Assembly: GCA_038321865.1 (NCBI GenBank)
Contig: JBBQFH010000035.1
Location: 1-23,866 of the forward strand
Direction of reading: 5' to 3'
Length of the DNA: 23,866 nt
Source: Gemmatimonadales bacterium
Lineage (GTDB): Bacteria; Gemmatimonadota; Gemmatimonadetes; Gemmatimonadales; GWC2-71-9
Made by a program: the position numbers and the translations under genes. Positions 8,234 to 20,293 of the stretch are shown here, one piece after another. The notes beneath the pieces were generated by a model. It worked only from the letters and a program-made list of their open reading frames with translations, made no database searches and was not told the DNA's origin. How positions within the stretch are numbered: the stretch's first letter is position 1; each line of letters starts with the position of its first letter.

Positions 8234-9457
8234 TCACTTCACCGTGATCGGCGCGGTCCAGCGGAAGGTCCCCCACCCCAGCACCAGCAGCCCCGAGCGC
8301 TCGCCGTTGGCCGTGATGCTGATGGTGAACTTCTCCTCCGGTGAGGCGGGCGCGGTCGACGTGAGCGGCGTCGTCCCGATATCGTACTTGTCATCGTGCT
8401 CGGTGCCCCACTGGCCGGTCTGGCGGTTGACGACGAGGCCGATGTGCCCGGCCTGCGGCGCGGTCCACAGGGTGTAGCTCCCCGGCGCCAGCGCGATGCT
8501 GCCGAGCGTGATGTCGGCCGAGGTGGTGAACTGGGTGGCGGCGTTGGCGCCGGTGCGCCAGATGTAGCCGTAGGGGATGACGTCGCCGAGCAGCGTGCGC
8601 CCCCGCGCCAGCGGGCGGCCGTAGTCCACGGTGAAGGCCGCCTTGCCGATGCTGGCCCGGAGCGTGTCCCTCACGCTCAGCGAGACCACTCCGCCGCGGG
8701 CTCGCTCGGCGGCGGCGAAGCGATCGCCGATCGCCTGCACGTCGGGCGGCGTCGCGAGGCGGACCACTTCGACCTTGTAGGTCGATCGCGCGCCGGAGTA
8801 CGACAGCAGGCGCCGGTTGCTGTCGAGCATGGCCACGCCGGTTCCGGACAACCAGTCATGCCGGATCTCCGCGCTGCCGTTCGCGCCCGCCCGGACCATT
8901 CCCCGGTGCATCGGCACCGGGTAGTGGGCAAACTCACGGTCCGGGTAGAACTGCCGGACCGTGACGTCGCTCCCCGGCGCGACATGGCCGGCGGCTCCGC
9001 GCGCGAGCGCGGCAGCGAAATACAGCTCGATCAGGCTGTACATCTGCGGCACGTGCGGGATGGTGAGCATCCCGTCGGTGGCGAGCTTCATGGTGCGCGT
9101 GCCGCCGCCGTCGGTGAGCGAGACGCGCACGGTATCATGCGTGAAGTCGGCGACGATGCGGCGCTCGCGCGAGCGCGCCGGGGCGGAGGGAATGCGCACC
9201 TGCATGTCCATATGTTGCAGACTGCCGTCGGCTGCCAGCTTCAGGTCGGTGTGCCGGCGGCGGACGTCGGGGAAGCGGTCCAACTCCTCGCTCACGATCC
9301 GGTCCCGGTAGCGCGAGACGGCTTCGACCGAGACGGTGTCGCGTCCGAGCCGGGCGATGAAGCCGTAGCGCTCGAGCGGCGGCGCGGCCGTGCAGCCCGG
9401 CAGGAGCAGGACGACGGCGAGACTGAACGGGGCGAAGACTGGGGAGAGGCGGGTCAT
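8234..9457 (-). CDS. DUF2911 domain-containing probable lipoprotein
   Basis: C-terminal VDYGRPLARGR..GDVIPYGYIWRTGANAATQF..LAPGSYTLWTAP..VNRQTGQWGT is typical of DUF2911. The N-terminus MTRLSPVFAPFSLAVVLLLPGC ends in a lipobox-like LPGC. Start set at ATG 9457. Confidence 0.8.
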   Translation of the reverse strand: MTRLSPVFAPFSLAVVLLLPGCTAAPPLERYGFIARLGRDTVSVEAVSRYRDRIVSEELDRFPDVRRRHTDLKLAADGSLQHMDMQVRIPSAPARSRERRIVADFTHDTVRVSLTDGGGTRTMKLATDGMLTIPHVPQMYSLIELYFAAALARGAAGHVAPGSDVTVRQFYPDREFAHYPVPMHRGMVRAGANGSAEIRHDWLSGTGVAMLDSNRRLLSYSGARSTYKVEVVRLATPPDVQAIGDRFAAAERARGGVVSLSVRDTLRASIGKAAFTVDYGRPLARGRTLLGDVIPYGYIWRTGANAATQFTTSADITLGSIALAPGSYTLWTAPQAGHIGLVVNRQTGQWGTEHDDKYDIGTTPLTSTAPASPEEKFTISITANGERSGLLVLGWGTFRWTAPITVK

Positions 9458-9527
9458 CTCATACAGCTGACGGAAGCGGCGGCGGGAAAGTTGCGACCTG
9501 GTGATGCGGAGTGGCGATCGGAAACGT

Positions 9528-11872
<2,345 letters not shown>

Positions 11873-11876
<4 letters not shown>

Positions 11877-14518
11877 CGGCTGGCCGCATCCACCGCCGCC
11901 TTCATCTGCCTCACCCAGTCGGGGATCACGCGGAGATAGCTGCTGCTGTTCTCTGCCGGCCCCTGAACGTAGATGATCCCGCCGTCGCGCGACGGGCGGT
12001 TGGACCAGCCCGATGTGTCGGAGAAGCGCGGGTCCCGCCCCCAGAAGGTGGGCGGGCCGGCCGGCTCCCCGGTGTCGGGATTGATCCGCACCAGGTACCA
12101 CGCCGTGCCGACGCGATAGAGCACCTCCGTTCCGGAAAGCCAGAGCGGTTCCACACCTTCCGACGCCAGCCGCCAGCGGCGCCCCGGCACCGGGAAGCCG
12201 GTGACGATGATCTCGTTCCCCTCGAGCGTCTGGTAGAGAATCAGCTTCTGACTCGGCGCCACCGACGCGAACCGCGCGTTGGTAAGCACGGTGTCAAAGG
12301 TCGGGTGCGGCACGCCGGGATCGAAGCGCGCCACGATCGATCCGGCCCACACCTGCGCGAGCGCAAGGTGATCGGTCAGGTAGTCGATCGGGTCGAAATT
12401 GCTGCTGCCATCATACGTCGAAGTCAGCAGTGTGTCGGGCTGGCCGCCGGAACCGGGCGCGCCCCGCAGGACGCTCCAGCGAGTGGAATCGCGTACGCCG
12501 AACAGCAGCTGATCACCGGCGGGGTTCCACAGCGGATGCCGGATCGTGCCGGCCCTCAGCCACGTGAAGTGCTACCCGTTCTGCAGGTCGTAGACGCGGA
12601 GCTCGCTTCCGCCCGTGCCCTGCACCGAGGCCGCCATCCAGCGCCGGTCGGGGCTCAGGTCGAAGCGCTGAAAGTCGCCAGTCTCGATCGACAGCGGCTG
12701 GGGCGCGCCGCCCGCATGCAGGGTGACCAGCCGGCCGACGGTCGCGTCGACGCCCGGCGCATACACGAGCGTCCCGGTCGCCGCGATGTCGAACTGCGCA
12801 TCGCCCAATGCCTCCCGCCGCACGCCGGCGAGCAGGGTGACCGGCGCGTAGGCCAGGCGCTTCGCCGCATCGTAGCGCGCGCCGAGGAGTGCGCCGTCGG
12901 CGCCGCTGTACACCAGGTAGCGCTTGTCGACCAGCGCAAACGCGCTTCCGGCCAGCAGGTCGCCGGGGGTGCCATCCGGTCGTGCCACGCGAATGTTGCC
13001 GGTCGAACCGGTTTCGGGGTCGAGCAGCGACCCGCCGCGGTTGTAGGAGCAGAGCAGCTGGCCGAGTTCCGGGATCCAGCGGCCGAAGGCACAACGCGGG
13101 ATGGCTTTCGTGCGCGACGCGCCACCGCCCGCGTCGATCCAGTTGAAGTTGTTTCCGTCGTCGGTAGTGGCGGCCAGCCGCACGTTCGACATCCAGCCGA
13201 GCGCGTCGGCGTTCCGTCGTTGGAGCAGCACGCGCGGCTCTCCGCCGGCGAGCGTCAGCAGGAGGACGCGGTCGGCCTGCACGAAGGCAACCCGTTTTCC
13301 ATCCGGCGAAATCCGCGGTGCGGTGGCGCCGCGGGTGCCCGGCAGTCGCCGCACATCTCCATTGCTGAGGCTCCGATACCAGAGCTCCGTCGAATCTCCC
13401 TGGCGCGCCGCGTAGACCGCGAAATCGCCAGCCGGCGCAATCGAGAGGTTCCTCAGTGGCGCGCCGTACGAGATGGCGGAGGACGTCACGGCGAAGCCTA
13501 CGCCCGCGCTGTCTGGCAGCGCGGCGTCGTACACGGAAGGCCCGGCCGATGGCTCGCGCCGCATCGCCCAGACGGCGAGCGCCAGCAGCGCCACGGACAC
13601 AACGCCGAGGCCGATGCTGATTCTCCGCCACGGGGCGCGGCCCGGTTGAGCAACGCGCATCGAACGGGTGGTGGTCCGGCCGGTTGGTCCGCCGCTCAGC
13701 GCCGCGGCGAACTCCGCCGCCGTCGCGAAGCGGTCGGCCGGGAGCTTCTCGAGCGCGACCATGACGGCATCGTCCACGGCGGCGGGCACGCTCCTTCGCT
13801 GCGCCGTGATGCTTGCGGGTTCGCTCGTCATCACCTTGGCGACGATCGCCTGCGCGGTCGGGCCGGTGAAGGGGGGCTCGCCGACCAGCATCTCGTAGGT
13901 CACGCACCCCAGCGCATAGACGTCGGACCGTGCGGTGATCTCGCGTTCGCCCATCGCCTGCTCGGGCGACATGTAATGCGGCGTACCGAGACTCATGCCG
14001 GTCTCGGTCATCCGGCTGCCGCCGGCGTTGCTGGCGGCCAGCGCGATGCCGAAGTCGGCGACCAGCGCCCGTCCATCGTGCAGCAGGATGTTCTCGGGCT
14101 TGATGTCGCGATGGATGATGCCGTGCCGATGGGCGTAGTCGAGGGCGCCGGCGATCTCGGTGGCCAGGCGCAGGGCATCAGCGATGGGAAGCTGCTTTTC
14201 CCGCGTCAGCCGGTCCCGCAGCGACTCACCTTCGACGAACGGCATCACGTAGTACGCGGTGCCGCCCACCTCGCCGCTGTCGATCAGCCCCAGGATATGC
14301 GGATGCTGCAGGTTGGCGATCGTCTTGATCTCGCGCAGGAAGCGCTCCGCGCCGATGACGGCCGAGAGCTCGGGCCGGAGCACCTTGATCGCGACCTTGC
14401 GATCGTGCTTGAGGTCCTGCGCCAGATATACCGTGGCCATCCCGCCGGCCCCGAGCTCGCGCTCGACGCGGTAGCGGTCGGCGAGGGCCGAGGTGAGGTG
14501 ATCGAAGTGTCCGGTCAC
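11873..14518 (-). pseudogene. Membrane Ser/Thr kinase with TolB-like beta-propeller, interrupted by in-frame TAG at 12572-12574 (kinase 2)
   Basis: Intact kinase (HRDIKPEN, DFG) and TM (ISIGLGVVSVALLALAVWAM), then propeller repeats (PRISPDGKRVAF, FDLSPDRRWMA). After ..DLQNG* the same frame continues HFTWLRAGTIRHPLWNPAGDQLLF.. into ORF 11873..12352, giving 881 codons in total. Confidence 0.8.
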
Positions 14519-17160
14519 GGCTTCACCACCTCCGCCACGTAGACGTCGCTCTCCCGGTCCTCGACCGGGAAGTAGAACCGCTTGCCATCGGTAGCAAAGA
14601 AGGGGCGGCTGGACTGCCAGGCAGGATCGTCCAGGCGGACGAGCATGCGCGGCTGGCCTCCCGCCGCGTTCACCGCCCAGAACGACGTGCGCCCCTGCGA
14701 GTCGTGCGACTTGAAGTACAGCGTTCGACCGTCGGGTCCCCAGATCGGCTTCTCGGCCGGCGGGGCGGTGGCCGCGTCGAAGACGCGGCGCGCTTCGCCG
14801 CCGGCGGCAGGCATGACCATCAGCCCGGGTCGTTCCGATGGCGCACCCGCGGCAAGGATGGGCTCGGCCGTGGCGAAGGCAAGCTCCCGTCCATCGGGAG
14901 ACCAGTCGGGGAAGACGCCGGGTGACGTTACCCGCTCCGGTGCGAGCCAGCGCTGCCCGGGTCCCCGGCGTGCGATGAAGACGGTATACGGCGGCAGCTG
15001 GTCCCAGTAGACCAGCGCGCGCCCGTCAGGGGACCAGACCGGGAAACTCTCCTGCCCGGGCCCGCCGGCAACCGGTTCCACCGGTCCGCCATTCAGCGGC
15101 TTGACCTCGATATCGCGGGATCCGCGGCGCCAGGTATGGTAGGCGACGGCCCGCCCATCCGGCGAGAGGTCGGGCCCGAACTCGTCCGCGGGATCGCTGG
15201 TGAGCTGCTCCGCCGGTCCCCCGCCCAGCGGCATGCGGTAGACATCCGCATTGCCCCTGAGATCGGAGTCGTACAGCAGCCAGTGGCCATCGTGCGAGAC
15301 CCGCACGTTCTCGATAACCTGGTGGCTGCTGGTGACCTGCGTCGCCCCGGTCGAGCCCGCAAGGATCCCGGCATCGATGGGAACCGACCAGAGGTTCGCC
15401 TGCGCGGAGTAGACCGCGTAGGTGAGCCGGCGCCCATCGGCGGAGAGTGAAACGGAGATCGCGCCAAGTCCCGTGGTGAGTCGTACCGGCGCGCCTTGCG
15501 CCCGCCCCGACGACGTGAGCCGGAGCGCGTAGATGTCGCGCGGTCCATCGCGGTTCGAGACCAGGAGCAGTCGCGTTCCGTCGGGGGACCAGGCCGGGCT
15601 CTGATTGAATACGTCGGCCGCGAGCAGGCTGGTGGCTGCGCCGCCCGCTGCCGGGAACAGCACCACCGAGCTCGGCGCGAGGTTGCCGAATCCGCTCCCG
15701 GGCGAGACCGACTCCGAATTGCCCGACACGCACGCGATCCACTTCCCATTCGGTGACCACGCGCAGGAATGCAGGTCGTAGGCGCCGGTTCCCACCAGCC
15801 GCGCCGGCCCGCCGGCGGCGGGGACCACCTGGACCGAGTCGCCGCGGGCAAAGGCGATTTCCTTCCCGCTCGGCGAGAAGCTGGCCGTGGTGACGATCGA
15901 CTTCGCTCCCGGCGGCACGATGGCGGTCGAGCTGCCGCCCAGCGCCGGCGCGATGGAGACGCCGCCGCGAGTGAGGAAGAGCAGGCTGGCGCCGTCTGGC
16001 GACCACTGTGGATGCGTCTCTACCGAGGTGCTGTCGTCGGAGAGCGGGATCGTGCGCCCGCCGCCGACCGGCCGCATGAAGACTCGCATGCGCGTCGAAT
16101 TGCCGGCCGAATAGGCGACCAGCCTGCCGTCGGGCGAGAGCGCGGGCTGGATCTCGAGACCAGGATCGGCGGTCAGCTGGTCCGATCGGCCGAGCTCGAG
16201 CCGGTCCGGGGCCCGGCTCCGTGATGCCAGGAATGCTACCGCGAGGACGAGGACCATTCCAATCGCCGCCCAGGGCAGCCAGCGGCGTGGGACGGCATTC
16301 CTTGCGCGCGGTGCCGCCGGGTCTGCCGTTCCCAATGCGCGTACGAACTCTCCCGCACTCGAGAACCGGTCGGCCGGCACCTTGGCGAGCCCCTTCTGCA
16401 CCGCGAGGTCCATCGCTTCAGGCACCGTGTTCCTCACTACATGCAGGCTCACCGGCCGCTCGGTCATCAACTTTGCGATCATGGCCTGCGCGTTGGGACC
16501 CGTCACCGGCGGTTCCCCGGCCAGCATCTCGTAGACCACCGACGCCAGCGAGTAAATGTCGCTGCGCGCCGTGAGCAGGCGGTCACCGGTCGCCTGCTCG
16601 GGACTCATGTATTGGGGCGTGCCGAGGGAGAGGCCGGTCTCCGTCAGGCGCTCGCCGCCCGCCTCCCTCACGGCGAGGGCGATGCCGAAGTCGGCCAGCA
16701 TCGCCTCGCCTTCGTGCAGCAGGATGTTTTCCGGCTTGATGTCGCGGTGGATCACGCCCTGCTTGTGGGCATGATCGAGCGCGCCGGCCACCTGGCGGGC
16801 GATGGCCAGCGCCTCATCGATGGCGAGCTGCTGCTCCCGGCGCAGCTTGTCGCGCAGCGACTCGCCGCGGATGAACGGGAGTACATAGTACAGCAGCCCG
16901 TCCGCCTCGCCCGAATCGATGAGGGTGAGAATGTGGGGATGATCGAGCGCCGCGGTGATGCGGATCTCGGCCAGGAAGCGCTCGGCTCCGAGCACGGCAC
17001 CGAGCTCGGGGCGGAGGACTTTCACGGCGACCTTCCGGTCGTGCCTGAGGTCCTGGGCGAGGTAGACCGTGGCCATCCCGCCGGCCCCGAGCTCGCGCTC
17101 GAGGACGTAACGATCGGTCAGTGCGGCGGTCAGGCGATCGGATATGGAGGGCACTACCAT
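14515..17160 (-). CDS. Membrane Ser/Thr kinase with TolB/PD40-type beta-propeller(s) (kinase 3)
   Basis: GAGGMA, HRDIKPEN, DFG, GTPQYMSPEQ. TM WLPWAAIGMVLVLAVAFLA, then many PxWSPDG repeats. Start is ATG 17160 or GTG 17154. The stop overlaps the kinase 2 start (GTGA). Confidence 0.93.
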   Translation of the reverse strand: MVVPSISDRLTAALTDRYVLERELGAGGMATVYLAQDLRHDRKVAVKVLRPELGAVLGAERFLAEIRITAALDHPHILTLIDSGEADGLLYYVLPFIRGESLRDKLRREQQLAIDEALAIARQVAGALDHAHKQGVIHRDIKPENILLHEGEAMLADFGIALAVREAGGERLTETGLSLGTPQYMSPEQATGDRLLTARSDIYSLASVVYEMLAGEPPVTGPNAQAMIAKLMTERPVSLHVVRNTVPEAMDLAVQKGLAKVPADRFSSAGEFVRALGTADPAAPRARNAVPRRWLPWAAIGMVLVLAVAFLASRSRAPDRLELGRSDQLTADPGLEIQPALSPDGRLVAYSAGNSTRMRVFMRPVGGGRTIPLSDDSTSVETHPQWSPDGASLLFLTRGGVSIAPALGGSSTAIVPPGAKSIVTTASFSPSGKEIAFARGDSVQVVPAAGGPARLVGTGAYDLHSCAWSPNGKWIACVSGNSESVSPGSGFGNLAPSSVVLFPAAGGAATSLLAADVFNQSPAWSPDGTRLLLVSNRDGPRDIYALRLTSSGRAQGAPVRLTTGLGAISVSLSADGRRLTYAVYSAQANLWSVPIDAGILAGSTGATQVTSSHQVIENVRVSHDGHWLLYDSDLRGNADVYRMPLGGGPAEQLTSDPADEFGPDLSPDGRAVAYHTWRRGSRDIEVKPLNGGPVEPVAGGPGQESFPVWSPDGRALVYWDQLPPYTVFIARRGPGQRWLAPERVTSPGVFPDWSPDGRELAFATAEPILAAGAPSERPGLMVMPAAGGEARRVFDAATAPPAEKPIWGPDGRTLYFKSHDSQGRTSFWAVNAAGGQPRMLVRLDDPAWQSSRPFFATDGKRFYFPVEDRESDVYVAEVVKP

Positions 17161-17284
17161 ATAGAATACCGCGGGCCGGAGGGGGGCGGAAGCGTCGTTG
17201 CGGGCGGACGGGCTCTTGCCTTCCCCCCGCGCCGGGCCGAGCATTGAACGCCGTAGCGATTACCGCCACTCACTGGATGCCCCG

Positions 17285-18307
17285 ATGACTCGTTTCGTGC
17301 GCTGGCTTGGCCTCGTCCTCCTGCTCCTGCTCGTCGTTGCCTTTGCGTACGGCCGGTCGAAGAACCCGGAGCGCCTTACGCTCGACGCCGCCGCCCGGAC
17401 CGGCGTGCCGGGGCGATTCGTCGGCTCGACGCTCGGCACCACGCACTACGAGGTGTCGGGGCCCGACAGCGGACAGGTCGTTGTCCTGGTGCACGGCTTC
17501 TCGGTGCCGATGTACATCTGGGACTCGCTGTTCACGACCCTCGGCCAGGCCGGCTACCGGACGATCCGTTACGATCTCCTGGGTCGCGGGTGGTCCGACC
17601 GTCCGGACGCCGCGTACGACGGACCGATGTACGACCGGCAGCTTGATGAATTGCTCGACTCCCTTCGCGTGACCGGGCCGATCAACCTGATGGGGCTTTC
17701 ATTCGGTGGCCTCGTCACGGCCCACTACACGGCGAGCCACCCGGCGCGCATTCACACGCTCACGCTCATCGATCCGGCGGCGGTCACTCCCCGGATACCT
17801 GGCCTGCTCACCCTGCCGATCGCCGGCCTGTGGATCTGGCAGACCCTGCGGGTACCGCGGATGGCTGATAACCAGGCATCCGACTTCCTGCACCCGGAAG
17901 CATTCCCGACCTGGGCCGCGCAGTACCGCCCGCAGATGCGATACCGCGGGTTCGGACGCGCGATCCTGCGCTCGGCCGGAACGGCATCGAGAACCGACTT
18001 CGATTCCCTTTACGCCGCGGCCGGGAGAACCGGCGTGCCGGCACTGCTGGTCTGGGGCAGGCAGGACCGCACCGTGCCGATCGCCACGTCGAGCGTCGTG
18101 CGCGGCGGGATCCCGCAGGTCGAGTTCTTTCCGGTGGATTCGGCCGGGCATCTGCCGCACATCGAGCAGGCGCCGCTGGTCCGGGAGCGGGTGCTGCGGT
18201 TCCTCACGGCACATGCGCCCCGGCGTGACGGCAAATGTCAGGCGGGGGTGTGCTCGTACGCGGACAGCAGCCAGACCAGCAGGATCACGGCGCCGGCCGC
18301 GAGGTAG
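17285..18307 (+). CDS. Alpha/beta fold hydrolase with N-terminal membrane anchor/signal
   Basis: LVHGF, YDLLGRGWS, nucleophile GLSFGG, WGRQD, AGHLPH. The N-terminus is hydrophobic (MTRFVRWLGLVLLLLLVVAFA). Confidence 0.9.
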   Translation: MTRFVRWLGLVLLLLLVVAFAYGRSKNPERLTLDAAARTGVPGRFVGSTLGTTHYEVSGPDSGQVVVLVHGFSVPMYIWDSLFTTLGQAGYRTIRYDLLGRGWSDRPDAAYDGPMYDRQLDELLDSLRVTGPINLMGLSFGGLVTAHYTASHPARIHTLTLIDPAAVTPRIPGLLTLPIAGLWIWQTLRVPRMADNQASDFLHPEAFPTWAAQYRPQMRYRGFGRAILRSAGTASRTDFDSLYAAAGRTGVPALLVWGRQDRTVPIATSSVVRGGIPQVEFFPVDSAGHLPHIEQAPLVRERVLRFLTAHAPRRDGKCQAGVCSYADSSQTSRITAPAAR

Positions 18308-18585
18308 AATGTTCGCGCGACGCCCACCCAGCCCGCGGCAATGGGGAGCGCCAGCAGCGCGATGCCGACACCGAGCTCGATGATGCCGTGCAAGCGGAGG
18401 GGAACGAGCCCGCTGGACGACGCCGGGCGCCGGGTGACGAGCGTCAGCAGCAGGTGGATTCCGGCCAGCAGGTAGGCCACGATCGCGGCCACCCCCGTGA
18501 GGCCGAAGACGGTCGGTGCCAGCGCGAACCCGGCGACGGTGACAAAGTCGAGCGCCCGGTGAACTCCGGGTGAGAGCATGTGCAT
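18238..18585 (-). CDS. Small integral membrane protein with two internal repeats (SPW-repeat-like)
   Basis: Four hydrophobic segments and a duplicated motif (VHRALDFV..FALAPTVFG / LHGIIELG..LLALPIAAG). GGAGG RBS 5 nt upstream of ATG 18585. Confidence 0.75.
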   Translation of the reverse strand: MHMLSPGVHRALDFVTVAGFALAPTVFGLTGVAAIVAYLLAGIHLLLTLVTRRPASSSGLVPLRLHGIIELGVGIALLALPIAAGWVGVARTFYLAAGAVILLVWLLSAYEHTPA

Positions 18586-18613
18586 GACTACCTCCGGGGA
18601 AGAGAGTTCAATG

Positions 18614-18650
18614 GACGCACGCCTGAAACCTTCACGGCGCGGCGTGCGTC
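18614..18650. repeat. 10-bp perfect inverted repeat in divergent intergenic region
   Basis: GACGCACGCC (18614-18623) N17 GGCGTGCGTC (18641-18650). Confidence 0.6.
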
Positions 18651-18703
18651 ACGATAGCCTACGACTCCGTAGAGGATCTCAGCCCTATCGAGGTGGTCCT
18701 GTC

Positions 18704-20281
18704 ATGCCCGTCATCCTGACATCGCGCCTCCTGGCCATCATCCTCCCCGTCACCATCCTGCCGGGCCCGCGAGCCCGCCCGCCCGCGATGGGCCCGGCGG
18801 ACACGACCGCACTGGTCAACGTCAACGTCGTGCCCATGGATCGCGAGCGCATTCTCACGCGCCGCGCGATCCTCGTCGCCGGCGGCCGCATCATCGCGCT
18901 CGGCTCGGTCGACAGCGTCGCGATCCCGGCGGGTGCGCGTGTCCTCGACGGACATGACCGATGGTTCGTTACCCCCGGTCTCGCGGACATGCACGTGCAT
19001 CTGCGCTACGAGAGTGACCTGACGCTGCTGCTCGCCAACGGCATCACCCTCGTTCGCAACATGCGGGGCACGCCATGGCACCTCGACATCCGGCGACGCG
19101 TCGCTGACGGCACGCTCGCCGGGCCGCGCATCGTCACCGCGGGCCCGGTCTTTTATGGCTACCGAGGCGCGGGTGCCACCGCCGAGGAAGCGCGGGCGCT
19201 CGTCGACAGCCAGGCGACCGCCGGCTACGATTTCATCAAGGTGTACGACCGGCTCCCTCAGCCGGCGTATCAGGCGGCGGTCGACGAAGCGGGGCGGCGA
19301 GGCCTGCCGGTCGCGGGTCACGTGCCGGGAGATGGCACGTATGGAACCGGCCTCGCACGCGCGCTCGAGCTCCACCAGGCGTCGATCGAGCACGCGGAAC
19401 AGTTCATCTACCACTACTTCGGCGACGATCTCGATCCGGCGCGAATTCCGGAAGTCGCCCGCGCAGTTCGTGCCGCCGGTACTACCGTCACGCCCACACT
19501 CGTGACCATTCCGGGACTCATCGCCCAATGGGAACGTCACGACAGCATGCTCGCCGCCCCGGCGTCGCGGTACCTCACGCCCGAGACCTACGCCTGGTGG
19601 CGCACCGACCCCGGCCACTCGTCCGCCATCAACCGGACGTTCGTGCCGTTCCTCTCAGCGCTCGTGGCCGGCCTCCACCGGGCCGGCGTGCCGCTCATGG
19701 CCGGCACTGATTTCTATCTGCCGGGCACGGTCGCCGGCGCGTCGCTGCACGAAGAGCTTCGCCTCCTCGTCGGCGCCGGGCTCACGCCGTTCGAGGCGCT
19801 CGCCGCCGCGACGCGCGTGCCGGCCGAGTATCTCCGCGACACGGTGAACTCCGGCACCATTGCCGTCGGCCGTCGTGCCGATCTGCTCGTGCTCGAGGGG
19901 AACCCGCTCGAGGACATCACGCAGACTACCCGCCGCGTGGGCATGATGGCCGTGGGCCGCTGGCACTCGCAGCGCGAGCTCGACAGTGCCACGGCGGCGC
20001 TCGCGCGACGCTGGGCGCCGCAGCACCGCGCGATTGACGACCTGGTGGCGCACGGCGCTGATGCAGCGGTCCTTCGGGCCCGGGCGGGCAGCAGCGATCA
20101 TATCGCGGTGGACGAGAACGCGCTATCGCAGCTCGTTCCGTATTTTACCGCACAGAAGCGAACGCGCGATGCGATCGCGGTGGCCGAGTGGGGCGTGCGG
20201 CTGCATCCGGCCGACAGCACCGCGCGGCTCCAGCTGGCCGCGACGCGGAAGGCGGCCAGCGGCCCGGGGGCGCCGAAGTAG
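18704..20281 (+). CDS. Metal-dependent amidohydrolase family protein
   Basis: PGLADMHVH, DFIKVY, VAGH, SIEH, AGTD, GTIAVGRRADLLVL. GAGGTGG RBS before ATG 18704. Signal-like N-terminus. Confidence 0.9.
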   Translation: MPVILTSRLLAIILPVTILPGPRARPPAMGPADTTALVNVNVVPMDRERILTRRAILVAGGRIIALGSVDSVAIPAGARVLDGHDRWFVTPGLADMHVHLRYESDLTLLLANGITLVRNMRGTPWHLDIRRRVADGTLAGPRIVTAGPVFYGYRGAGATAEEARALVDSQATAGYDFIKVYDRLPQPAYQAAVDEAGRRGLPVAGHVPGDGTYGTGLARALELHQASIEHAEQFIYHYFGDDLDPARIPEVARAVRAAGTTVTPTLVTIPGLIAQWERHDSMLAAPASRYLTPETYAWWRTDPGHSSAINRTFVPFLSALVAGLHRAGVPLMAGTDFYLPGTVAGASLHEELRLLVGAGLTPFEALAAATRVPAEYLRDTVNSGTIAVGRRADLLVLEGNPLEDITQTTRRVGMMAVGRWHSQRELDSATAALARRWAPQHRAIDDLVAHGADAAVLRARAGSSDHIAVDENALSQLVPYFTAQKRTRDAIAVAEWGVRLHPADSTARLQLAATRKAASGPGAPK

Positions 20282-20293
20282 CAGCGAGCCAGC

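Noticed and set aside
11877..12101. N-terminal extension of kinase 1 in the ORF track
   Set aside because: It overlaps the kinase 2 C-terminal coding frame. The paralogs start at the equivalent of MTDAADRL.
12500..12574. Pyrrolysine or programmed recoding at the kinase 2 TAG
   Set aside because: No supporting element or pyl genes in the window. Other genes here use TAG as a normal stop (e.g. 239-241, 2915-2917, 20279-20281).
12305..14542. 745-aa plus-strand ORF and similar ORFs antisense to the other kinases (10452-11939, 16441-17247, 21686-22513)
   Set aside because: Their mutual similarity only mirrors the conserved kinase coding strand.
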